Counted from the first letter of the stretch, positions 31,134 to 39,689 are shown. The stretch: 64,000 nucleotides of DNA from Thermodesulfobacteriota bacterium (GCA_965216785.1 OZ244197.1:576001-640000), one strand, 5' to 3'. Numbers and translations are program-made. Notes: generated by a model not told the origin, from the sequence alone.

Positions 31134-32780
31134 TTAACCTTTCTTGATAGATTCTAAAAGCAGCTCGGCGGAACGTAAACTCAAGGCCTCGATTGTCAAT
31201 GAGGGTGCTTCACCTCCGCCTGAGGTGGGGAATACACTCGCATCAGTTACTAAGAGATTTGGGATACCGTGATATCTGAGGCTCGAGTCCACTACCGAGT
31301 TTTTGGGGTCATTGCCCATTCTACATGTTCCAAAGACATGCGTTGCAGCAAATAAATCGTAGGAGGAGGATTGCTCCACTACTTTATCAGCACCCGCGGA
31401 CTTTAAAATCTCCATTGTCTTTTTTTGCATGAATTCAAGAGTTTTAAGCTCAGGATCACCCAGAAATGATTGTATGCTCGCTACGGGGAACCCGAATTCA
31501 TCTTTTTTTTCTGGATCTAGAGTAACAAATGAATTTTCGTTCGGTAAGAACTCCGATATGCCGCCCACGGCTATAGCATGACCGAACGACTCTTTCATGC
31601 CGTTAGTCAAATTTTCCCCCCAACCCCTTTTGTAATACCTAAGTGCATAGTTTAGCGGCCCGATGGCGCTTCCTACCGTTGGAAACATTCTCAATCCGCC
31701 TGGAAAACCGCGCTTGGGATCAGGATCGTTCCAATCCCATATAATACCGTCAATAGGTATTCCTCTATATGAATCCGTCCGTTCTGGATGGAAAGCAACG
31801 GCTTCATAAAAATTAGTCTCCATGAAGTTCTTGCCAACATTGCCGTTCCCGTTAAGCTCTGAATTTAAGAGGAGCTTGGGGGTTTCGACTGCTCCGCACG
31901 CTACCGCTACGTAGTCAGCCTCTACAAAATGCTCTTTCTTATCCCGGTCAAAATAAGTTACACCTTTAGCCTTGCCGCTTTTTTTATCCACTTCGATTTT
32001 CTCTGCAAAAGCGAAGGGTAGAATCTCGCAGTTCCCGGTATCCTCAGCCAGGGGTACGAATGTTACATCAACGCTTCCTTTATCCTTTCGTGGGCATCCC
32101 CAGACGCACCCGTTACAGTAATTACAAGGGGGGGCATCTCTATAGACCTCAGATAATATGGCTACGGTGTTGGGCTCTATGTTTATGCCAAGCTTATTGC
32201 ACCCTTTGTTTACAACCTGGCTCGCGTAACTGAGGTCATGGGGTTTAAGCGGATATGGTTTGGTCCTTGGCCGAGAGGGGACTTTGTCCGGTCCGGCTAC
32301 ACCTATGATATTCTCAACACTCGTGTAATATGGCTCTAAATCCTTATATTCAATAGGCCAGTCTACCGCAACGTCGAAAAGGGTCTTCATCCGGAAAGCC
32401 TTTTCATTTAGCCGGTGCGCCTCTCCCTGGTAATGGAGCGTAGTGCCTCCGACACCCGGGACCTGCTGGTACATGAGGTACTTTCTATGATCTGTCTTGT
32501 TGAAAGTGCCAGAGCCCATATTCCAGGACTTGAGACTTTCGTATTGGGAATCTAAATTCTGCGCCTTTCCGTATGTGACTTTTATCTTTTTCTTGTAAGG
32601 GAAGCCCTTTGTTTCCCAATCCTGATCGGCAAGCGCGTAATCTTTTAAGGGATTATAGCGGGCTCCGGCTTCAAGCACTAGAACCTTCATGCCAGAAGAC
32701 GCAAGCTTCCATGCAAACGGAGCTCCACCGGGGCCAGAACCTATCACTACACAGTCATATTTTTTATCTTTAGAAGGCAT
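31134..32780 (-). CDS. GMC-family flavoprotein oxidoreductase (sugar/gluconate 2-dehydrogenase large-subunit-like)
   Basis: GSGPGG, VGGTTLHY, CNYCNGCVWGC Fe-S motif, HVFGTCRMG, DASVFPT; no signal peptide. Confidence 0.9.
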   Translation of the reverse strand: MPSKDKKYDCVVIGSGPGGAPFAWKLASSGMKVLVLEAGARYNPLKDYALADQDWETKGFPYKKKIKVTYGKAQNLDSQYESLKSWNMGSGTFNKTDHRKYLMYQQVPGVGGTTLHYQGEAHRLNEKAFRMKTLFDVAVDWPIEYKDLEPYYTSVENIIGVAGPDKVPSRPRTKPYPLKPHDLSYASQVVNKGCNKLGINIEPNTVAILSEVYRDAPPCNYCNGCVWGCPRKDKGSVDVTFVPLAEDTGNCEILPFAFAEKIEVDKKSGKAKGVTYFDRDKKEHFVEADYVAVACGAVETPKLLLNSELNGNGNVGKNFMETNFYEAVAFHPERTDSYRGIPIDGIIWDWNDPDPKRGFPGGLRMFPTVGSAIGPLNYALRYYKRGWGENLTNGMKESFGHAIAVGGISEFLPNENSFVTLDPEKKDEFGFPVASIQSFLGDPELKTLEFMQKKTMEILKSAGADKVVEQSSSYDLFAATHVFGTCRMGNDPKNSVVDSSLRYHGIPNLLVTDASVFPTSGGGEAPSLTIEALSLRSAELLLESIKKG

Positions 32781-32879
32781 ACTTGTGAGCGGTTGATAAT
32801 ATAAATAACCTATTGCTTTATGTCAATTTATAAGTTATACATTTGCCTTTATTCCATTAGTAGAAGAGAGGATTTAAAT

Positions 32880-33713
32880 ATGAAAAGGTTATTGGTACTG
32901 CTCATTCTGCCGGTTGTGATAGTAGCCGCTTGCGGAGCTCCGGATAAGAGTGAGGATAAAGCTGAGAATAAGACGGTAAACGAATCGGGCAATAAATCTC
33001 CGGAACAGGCGCAAAGCGCGTTGAAAATAGACCCTAAACCGCAAAGAGACAGTAAAGTGGTAGCGAGGGTGAACGGGGTACCCATCTATGAGGACGAGCT
33101 CAAAGGCAGGCCACTGCAGTATTTGATCACTGAGGAAGTGCTTTATCAAAAAGGACTCGGGCTCGGGCTTGGTGAGAAATATGCCGAAAAGATTAGGGAT
33201 TACAATAAACAGCTGATTGTTCACGATTTAAAAATGGATATTCTTGAGAATTTACCTCCTACAAAAGAGATATCCGATGAGGAAGTGAAGGCCTATTACG
33301 ATAATAACCCTGAAAGGTATACATTCGTACGAATGCATGAAGTAGGCTTTGTGGATAAGAATCTGGGCGATGAAATACTGGCTAAGGTCAAGAACGGTGA
33401 AGACTTAACCGAGATCGTAAACGCTTACGTAGAATCCGGGGCTAACGTAGTGGGCAGAGATCTGGGATTCAACAGAGAGATGGTAAAAGAATTCGATAAC
33501 ATTGAGCTTGGAGCCGTAACTGATGTACTTACAAAACCCGACGGCTCGTACAGCGTAATTAAAATTGTGGAGATAAAACCAATCCCACTCCGACAAACGG
33601 AACGCGCTATCAGGCAACTGCTCGAGGCAAAAAGAAAATCTTACGCAAATGACAATTATGCAAATCAAATTATTGAAGAAAACGGTATAGAAGTTGAGAT
33701 TATAGACAATTAG
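32880..33713 (+). CDS. lipoprotein with PrsA/parvulin-like foldase domain
   Basis: Lipobox IVAAC after MKR and a hydrophobic stretch; VVARVNGVPI, EEVKAYYDNNPERY, GRDLGF; ATG 32880 follows GAGG. Confidence 0.75.
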   Translation: MKRLLVLLILPVVIVAACGAPDKSEDKAENKTVNESGNKSPEQAQSALKIDPKPQRDSKVVARVNGVPIYEDELKGRPLQYLITEEVLYQKGLGLGLGEKYAEKIRDYNKQLIVHDLKMDILENLPPTKEISDEEVKAYYDNNPERYTFVRMHEVGFVDKNLGDEILAKVKNGEDLTEIVNAYVESGANVVGRDLGFNREMVKEFDNIELGAVTDVLTKPDGSYSVIKIVEIKPIPLRQTERAIRQLLEAKRKSYANDNYANQIIEENGIEVEIIDN

Positions 33714-33752
33714 AAGAAGCTTTAGTAAAGTGCGGGAGCATTCAGAATAATA

Positions 33753-34280
33753 ATGGCAAATTCAAGAAGAGCTTTTATAAAAACACTGACTGTCGGGGTA
33801 TTGGGCTCTGAAGCTATAGCCGTATTGCCAAAAAAGGCTTTTGCTAAAAACGAGACCAAATCATCGGGCATCGAAATTCAAAAAGGATATAAGGTATTTG
33901 ATCCCAATACACAAAAAACGATGGAAGCGCTTACTGAAGCTCTGATACCCGGTTCAGAGGAATTTGGAATTAATGAAAAAATCTTTAGCTATGTTCAAAG
34001 AGACAGGGCCGCCGCCACTTTTTTTGACGCGGGGCTTTGGAATATAGATGCCGTATCTAGACAAAAATATGACAAGCCTTTTTATGAGTTGACGAATAAA
34101 GAGGAGACAATAGAAATAATAAATCATGTTAAAAAAAATAATAGAAGGTTTTTCGTGCAATTCAGATACCTTACAATGAGACTATTCTTTGCTGACCCCA
34201 AGGTATGGGAAAGCCTTTCTTACAACGGCCCTCCTCAGACAAAAGGCTTTTTGAATTATTCAGAGCCCCCCGAAAGCTAA
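33753..34280 (+). CDS. Tat-exported gluconate 2-dehydrogenase subunit 3-family protein
   Basis: SRRAFIK twin-arginine signal; ALTEALIPG, FFADPKVWESLSYNGP. Confidence 0.78.
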   Translation: MANSRRAFIKTLTVGVLGSEAIAVLPKKAFAKNETKSSGIEIQKGYKVFDPNTQKTMEALTEALIPGSEEFGINEKIFSYVQRDRAAATFFDAGLWNIDAVSRQKYDKPFYELTNKEETIEIINHVKKNNRRFFVQFRYLTMRLFFADPKVWESLSYNGPPQTKGFLNYSEPPES

Positions 34281-34294
34281 ATAATAAGTTTTTG

Positions 34295-35419
34295 TTAAGG
34301 TTTGTAAACAGATATAAGACCTAGCGTCTTATCCACAAGGTTATCTATATCGATCCGATCCTCAAGCTCTTTTATGTGTCTATGGTTGGCCCTGGTTCTG
34401 GGATTTGAAGATACAATTGAGCAGCAGTCCTTATAGGATACAATGGAACCCTCGTAAGTTCCTATTTTCTTGGCAAGATCTACAATCTCCTGTTTATCAT
34501 AAGATATTAGCGGTTGAAATATCGGTAAAGAAACCGCTGAGCTAACCTCTGCTATGTTATCCATTGTCTGTGAGGCGACCTGACCCAGACTGTCACCAGT
34601 CACAAGGGCTTTACAGCCGTTCTTAATGGCTAAGCGCTCGGCTACCTTAACCATGAACCTCCTGAACAAAACAAGCTCGTGTCCTTTTGTGTTTATTTCC
34701 TTGAGCATTTCGGTCTCAAAAAGATAGTAAGGGGCCAGATATAAAACATATTCGTTTTGAAACTTGCCTAAGCAGCTTAATATCTGGACCATCTTGGTAT
34801 TTTTTACATGTTCGTTCTCTGAGAAAACGTGAAAATGAAGATAATGCACAACGCAGCCCCTTTTCATCATAAGGTACGAGGCTACCGGGGAGTCGATACC
34901 CCCGGATAGAAGCGATAGTACTTTACCGCTCACACCGACAGGGAGGCCTTTTAAGCCCTGTTTTTTCTTAAAATAGACATATACCTCATCAGCGATCTCT
35001 ATAAATACACTGAGCCCCGGATTTTTTAGATCAACCTTCATACCGTACTCAGTAAGCACTTCATTACCTATTATTTTCGCCGTTTCCACTGAGTCGTATG
35101 GAAAACCTTTATCCGAGCGTTTCACATATATACCAAAGCTAGGCTTAGATTGGTTTCTCTTACCAACCTCTTCTAAAGCGGCCTTCTTAATAGAATCCAG
35201 ATTCTTGTCCACTATAAGAGCCTCTGCAAACCAAGAAATTCCAAATATATTTTGGAGGTTATCGGGGTTTCCGCCGTCAAGCACAAACCGTCCTCTAAAG
35301 CGCTTTATGCGACCTCCCGTTGCGGTCTCTATATTGTCTTTTAATCTGATTTCGAATAAATCTCTATTCCTGCCTTTAAGTGACAGCTCACCATAGTGAA
35401 TAAGAGTTACTTTTTTCAT
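34295..35419 (-). CDS. thiI: tRNA 4-thiouridine synthase (THUMP plus PP-loop, no rhodanese domain)
   Basis: HYGELSLKGRNR, LLSGGIDSPVA, GDSLGQVASQT, DCC. Confidence 0.95.
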   Translation of the reverse strand: MKKVTLIHYGELSLKGRNRDLFEIRLKDNIETATGGRIKRFRGRFVLDGGNPDNLQNIFGISWFAEALIVDKNLDSIKKAALEEVGKRNQSKPSFGIYVKRSDKGFPYDSVETAKIIGNEVLTEYGMKVDLKNPGLSVFIEIADEVYVYFKKKQGLKGLPVGVSGKVLSLLSGGIDSPVASYLMMKRGCVVHYLHFHVFSENEHVKNTKMVQILSCLGKFQNEYVLYLAPYYLFETEMLKEINTKGHELVLFRRFMVKVAERLAIKNGCKALVTGDSLGQVASQTMDNIAEVSSAVSLPIFQPLISYDKQEIVDLAKKIGTYEGSIVSYKDCCSIVSSNPRTRANHRHIKELEDRIDIDNLVDKTLGLISVYKP

Positions 35420-35483
35420 ATGCCTTACCGAATTGTAAATTTTGATTTACGACAGTTTATGAAATGAAAGGATATATGAATAT

Positions 35484-35521
35484 AAAAAAACCCGGAAGAG
35501 CTAATTTCTAACTCTCCCGGG
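35484..35521 (-). terminator. rho-independent terminator (second of two) after the CTERM surface-protein gene
   Basis: Minus strand CCCGGGAGAGTTAGAAATTAGCTCTTCCGGG hairpin followed by T7. Confidence 0.8.
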
Positions 35522-35548
35522 GTTAATTGTTATCTTAATGTAAAACCG

Positions 35549-35589
35549 AAGAAAGAATAAGAGACGGCAGGACCGAAGATCCCGCCGTC
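35549..35589 (-). terminator. rho-independent terminator (first of two) after the CTERM surface-protein gene
   Basis: Minus strand GACGGCGGGATC-TTC-GGTCCTGCCGTC (12 bp stem) followed by TCTTATTCTTTC. Confidence 0.7.
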
Positions 35590-35604
35590 AAGGGTTAGTC
35601 TAAG

Positions 35605-37560
35605 TTATTTCTTTCTTCTTCTCATAGCTCTGATACCGAATACGAACGCTACAGGTACCAGCGGAATCAGTACGTTGGCGAATGCCGTGCCAAGCTGTAC
35701 AGGGTTTCCGGCGATTGCGCAGCTACCACTTCCGCCACCACGGTTAGGCGTGGTCGTCGGAGGAGCCGTCGTCGGTCCGAGTGTCGGAGCCGTCGTCGGA
35801 GGAGCCGTCGTCGGAGGTCCTACGAAGTTGTCGCTAAGAATAAGCGCTTCGTCGATTCCGAGTCTTGCGAAACAAACTGGAAGCTCGCCGCAACTCGTGA
35901 ACTTCTCTACGTCGTTCCAGATACCGACTACCGCGTTGATGAAAGCTGCCTGCGGTGTATATGAAGGCAGATATTCATCATAGAAGTTGATGTGAACTGC
36001 ATCAGCTCCAGCAGTACCTGTCTGGGCATCGAACTGTCCTGCGAATACGTTCGGAACGATTACGTCTAGGAACGCATTCTCGGATCCGTCAAGGATACCG
36101 TCACACTCGAGTGTTTCAATAATAGTGTCGAGTACTGTGAAGTTATCTACAAAAGCTCCAGTGTTGTCGCCACCATCTGTACAACCCGCCTCAGAAGTCT
36201 GTCCGGTGATGTACTGAACAGCATAAGTACCAGGTCCGTCTATGGAAAGTGACTCGCCAGTGAAGAACGCAGAGCGGCCAGCTATAAAGTCGAAGTTACT
36301 ACCAGCACCTGATACGTTGTACTGCTGTGCATCAGTACCCAAACCTGTACATGTATTACCATTAGCAGGGTCATCGCCGAGCGCTGCCGCGTTATAACAC
36401 CTGCAGTCCTCGAAGTTAGCAACACCAGTGGTGTCATCAATTATACAGACCATCGCATAGTTAGCACAGGTCGTAAAACTATCCGGAAGCAGGAACGATA
36501 GGTCATAGGTAAGAGTTTTACTCTCATCAGTCGTGAAAATGTTACTGGTTACAACAGTCACGTTCGTCTCAAAAGCAGCACCCGAATCAATAAGGTTCGG
36601 TCGTGCGAGCTCAGTAAACGGCCCACCCTGGTATGGTAGAGACGGATTGAAAGTTGATGAGACTGCAAAACCCATGAACAAGTTAGAGTTGGGGTTATCA
36701 GCGTCAGGGCCAGAAGCAGCAGGTATCGGTACAGTTCCCACAGCTATATTAGCCTCGGTGATTCCACTCGATTGACCCTGGCCAACTGACCATGGTCCGA
36801 TGGTCGGTCCATTCTGGAAACTTCCATTCTGGACAAGGTTAACTGTTGTCGTTGTTGTTATATCAAAGCAAACACCCTCTCTGTGATAGGTAGCAAAACC
36901 ATACATGTAATCTGATTCTGCAACACTTTTAATGAAAGTGTTACCAGCTAGATAGTCATGCTCTTGCGCTTGACCAGGAGTCGGGCAGTTGTCAACAGCC
37001 GTTACAGTTACAAAACCCTCTTTACCCTGAAGGTTAGCATCGGCTTCGTCAACACCTATGTTTGAAATGATATCTCCAAAGTTATATACGTGAGTATCGA
37101 ACTCAGTGTAGAAATCACAGAAGTTTCTGATTTCAACACAGTTTTCGTCAAATATATGCACGTGAACCCAGGTACCAGTTTCGTTTATAGCGTTGGTTAC
37201 CTGAAGGTACGTGTTTCTGCCATCTTTCTGTGTCCACCAAGAAACAATCTGTGAACCAGTTTCGTTAGTCGGTGTAGGACTGAAGAAAGAGGTAAAATCT
37301 ACATGCTGCCAGTCCATACCACCGTGTAGCGGCCCTCCGATAAGGCTATCGACGGTACCGATGAGCGCACCCGAGAAGTCCGGGAACGGCAAAGCCGGAG
37401 CAGCCTCTACATTTACTTCTAGCCAACCTGTAGTGTCTGGTACAGCCGGGCAGAACAGGCCGTCAGTGCCAACTTGGGCCTGAGCCTGGTTCTGAAAACC
37501 AAACCCTAGCAAGACAAGCATTATTACAGCTACCAAAGAAAATCTTAACTTGCTTATCAT
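35605..37560 (-). CDS. acidic secreted surface protein (S-layer candidate) with Pro/Thr linker and Cys-containing C-terminal sorting signal
   Basis: Signal peptide ending AQA; D/E/T/G/N-rich; ends PPTTAPPTTAPTLGPTTAPPTTTPNRGGGSGSC, hydrophobic helix, RAMRRRKK; strong RBS AAGGAGG. Confidence 0.85.
   Translation of the reverse strand: MISKLRFSLVAVIMLVLLGFGFQNQAQAQVGTDGLFCPAVPDTTGWLEVNVEAAPALPFPDFSGALIGTVDSLIGGPLHGGMDWQHVDFTSFFSPTPTNETGSQIVSWWTQKDGRNTYLQVTNAINETGTWVHVHIFDENCVEIRNFCDFYTEFDTHVYNFGDIISNIGVDEADANLQGKEGFVTVTAVDNCPTPGQAQEHDYLAGNTFIKSVAESDYMYGFATYHREGVCFDITTTTTVNLVQNGSFQNGPTIGPWSVGQGQSSGITEANIAVGTVPIPAASGPDADNPNSNLFMGFAVSSTFNPSLPYQGGPFTELARPNLIDSGAAFETNVTVVTSNIFTTDESKTLTYDLSFLLPDSFTTCANYAMVCIIDDTTGVANFEDCRCYNAAALGDDPANGNTCTGLGTDAQQYNVSGAGSNFDFIAGRSAFFTGESLSIDGPGTYAVQYITGQTSEAGCTDGGDNTGAFVDNFTVLDTIIETLECDGILDGSENAFLDVIVPNVFAGQFDAQTGTAGADAVHINFYDEYLPSYTPQAAFINAVVGIWNDVEKFTSCGELPVCFARLGIDEALILSDNFVGPPTTAPPTTAPTLGPTTAPPTTTPNRGGGSGSCAIAGNPVQLGTAFANVLIPLVPVAFVFGIRAMRRRKK
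35744..35822 (-). repeat. imperfect 15-nt tandem repeat (CCTCCGACGACGGCT) encoding PPTTA units
   Basis: Forward strand gtcgtcggaggagcc units with one PTLG interruption. Confidence 0.85.
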
Positions 37561-37631
37561 TTATTTATCCTCCTTTTTGAATTTTGTTACGCAATTGTAA
37601 GTCATTGTTGTTTACCTTTGTCATTTTTATT

Positions 37632-38753
37632 TTAAAGATCCTCTGTCGGCTCTAACGTAGGAGGAAAATCTTCCTCGTCATCCGAAGCAAGCCAAGAATC
37701 CATGGATCCCGTACCGTTTCCGTTGTTAAGGCCTAAGAAACCAACGAAAAATAGATCTTCATCTGGGGAATCCTCAAAGAAGACCGGCAGGTACAACCAA
37801 CCAGCGTCATTGGATTCGCTGAGCGTGCTGTCGTTGCATATACGGTTACCCAAGTCAGCCTGCTTACTGTTAGGAATAGAGTTATCTATACCTCTGTTGA
37901 AGTTGCCAATCGAGCAGTCAAAGAATGTCGGGCTGCAAGACGTACCGTCTTCAAATTCATCGAATATATGAACCTGCGGGTTGCTAACTTCAAACGGGTC
38001 ACCAGAATTGGAGCCGAATGTAATTCCAAAGAATGGTGATGCGGTAACAGTATCGAAGTCAACCTCTTCATAGACTATACCAACAACATCTGAGAGGTTA
38101 TTGCCGTCTACGTTATTGAAGTTCAATATGAAATCTGTCGTTTCATCCCCAAAGAAGTCTTCTCCCGCTGCATTAGTTCTGTATTCATAACCAGAAGCGT
38201 CTAATATGCGGAATAAGCCAATCATCGCGAAGTCGTCACCCGAGATAAGCGAAATCGAAACGAAACCGTAACTGTTGGACAGATCCGGGTCCGGAGCCGA
38301 TTCACACTCGGAATTTGGTAATCCGTCGGCTGTACAGTTGCTTACCAAGTTCTCAATATCGTAAACGTGTGTATCGCCCTTAGTGTAAACATCGTCCCAG
38401 TTTACCTCTTCGCATGCACCAAAAGGCTGGTCAACAGTAGTTGCACCAACATTAAAAATCTGTACGTGAACAACTATTGTGCTCGTCGATGTATTGGTCA
38501 GCTGAAATAGGGTGTCCCTATCTCTTGTATCCCAATAGTAGATGAGTCTGTTCACTCCAGTATCTGTCTGGTCAACCAGCGGCAATACGTTACCGCCGGG
38601 GCCGCCAGCGATTGACTGCGTCGGTAGAACCAGCATTGGTAAAACCAAAAGAAAAGCAAGTACTAACAAGTACTTTATTTTGGACATAATATCCTGTAGC
38701 ATTGAACCTTTCCTCCTTGTTATAGTATTGTTGATTATGTTTCCTTTGTTCAT
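37632..38753 (-). CDS. acidic secreted protein, paralog of 35605-37560 without the anchor
   Basis: Signal peptide; shared motifs (QLTN, VHVQIF, DTHVYD, GFV, TSC, GID). Two in-frame AAGGAGG-preceded starts at 38753 and 38702. Confidence 0.85.
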   Translation of the reverse strand: MNKGNIINNTITRRKGSMLQDIMSKIKYLLVLAFLLVLPMLVLPTQSIAGGPGGNVLPLVDQTDTGVNRLIYYWDTRDRDTLFQLTNTSTSTIVVHVQIFNVGATTVDQPFGACEEVNWDDVYTKGDTHVYDIENLVSNCTADGLPNSECESAPDPDLSNSYGFVSISLISGDDFAMIGLFRILDASGYEYRTNAAGEDFFGDETTDFILNFNNVDGNNLSDVVGIVYEEVDFDTVTASPFFGITFGSNSGDPFEVSNPQVHIFDEFEDGTSCSPTFFDCSIGNFNRGIDNSIPNSKQADLGNRICNDSTLSESNDAGWLYLPVFFEDSPDEDLFFVGFLGLNNGNGTGSMDSWLASDDEEDFPPTLEPTEDL

Positions 38754-38890
38754 ATACATCCTCCTTTTATTTTTCAAATTTCAGTAAATATCCAGGATTT
38801 GCAAGCGTTAGGCAAGCTCCATCTCCTTTAATTTAACATAAGAACATACGCAAAAACGCAAACTTATAAACAAATTCACAACTGCACAGA

Positions 38891-38919
38891 ATTACAACAT
38901 AGAATAAAAGCCTTGTCAA
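38891..38919 (-). promoter_or_regulatory. sigma70 promoter P1 of the surface-protein pair
   Basis: TTGACA-aggcttttattctatgt(17)-TGTAAT with an extended TG. Confidence 0.7.
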
Positions 38920-38994
38920 GTCCTTTTCTCTTGCAATTATTAAGAACTTGGGGGCTATGTTGTCTCATGCACTGCCTCCTTCAAAATTAAAGCA

Positions 38995-39023
38995 ATTACA
39001 TCATAAATAAAAGCCGATGTCAA
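38995..39023 (-). promoter_or_regulatory. sigma70 promoter P2, near-duplicate of P1
   Basis: TTGACA-tcggcttttatttatga(17)-TGTAAT with an extended TG. Confidence 0.7.
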
Positions 39024-39689
39024 GCGTTTTAAGAAAGCGCTAAAAATTCGATCCGGGCTTGTATTTATGACTAAAATCTAACCTGTGGTTTGTAATTATA
39101 AACATTTTTGAATCTTTTGTACATAGCTCTATCCGATATTTATGGAAGGAAGATGATTTTCGGTATCAAAATTAGAATAGAAGTTAATGAGGCTATCTTA
39201 CTTTTATATATTAACCCTTCAGCCTGCCTCTGGGGCGTTTTGATATATACAATTGGCTATTCAGCATGAAACGCCCTTTGTGAGCACTATATACATAGGG
39301 TTTTCTCTCACCCTGCGTCTCCCGTCGGGTTTTCTGATTAACCGGTAGTATTGACTCATATGAGAATCCACTGAACTTTAGAGCCCTTAATACCTGGCGG
39401 CTGAGCAAACGGCATAAGGCATATGGGTATATATTATATATGTGTAATATATTACATGAAGCGGAAGTAGTTCATAATAAATACCCACCTAATATAAAAA
39501 TCGGTTAAAATTATCTTTCGGACTAAGAGCTATAGACGTGTATCATTATCTGGGGCGGGGGCAATTGAAACTCGGAGCAAAAATGTTAACCTAGCCAAAT
39601 TAAATATTAAACGGTAAAGAGTTAAAAATTGAGTGGAGAATATTGTAAAGATTTGACCTTATATATATTATGAAGACTAAGGAGAATAT

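Noticed and set aside
35744-35822. CRISPR-like or mobile repeat
   Set aside because: Short in-frame coding repeats with no spacers; no cas genes in the window.
39215-39410. Assignment as 6S RNA, c-di-GMP riboswitch, RNase P, tmRNA or SRP RNA
   Set aside because: The diagnostic conserved sequences were not found by eye, so it is kept only as an unassigned candidate RNA.
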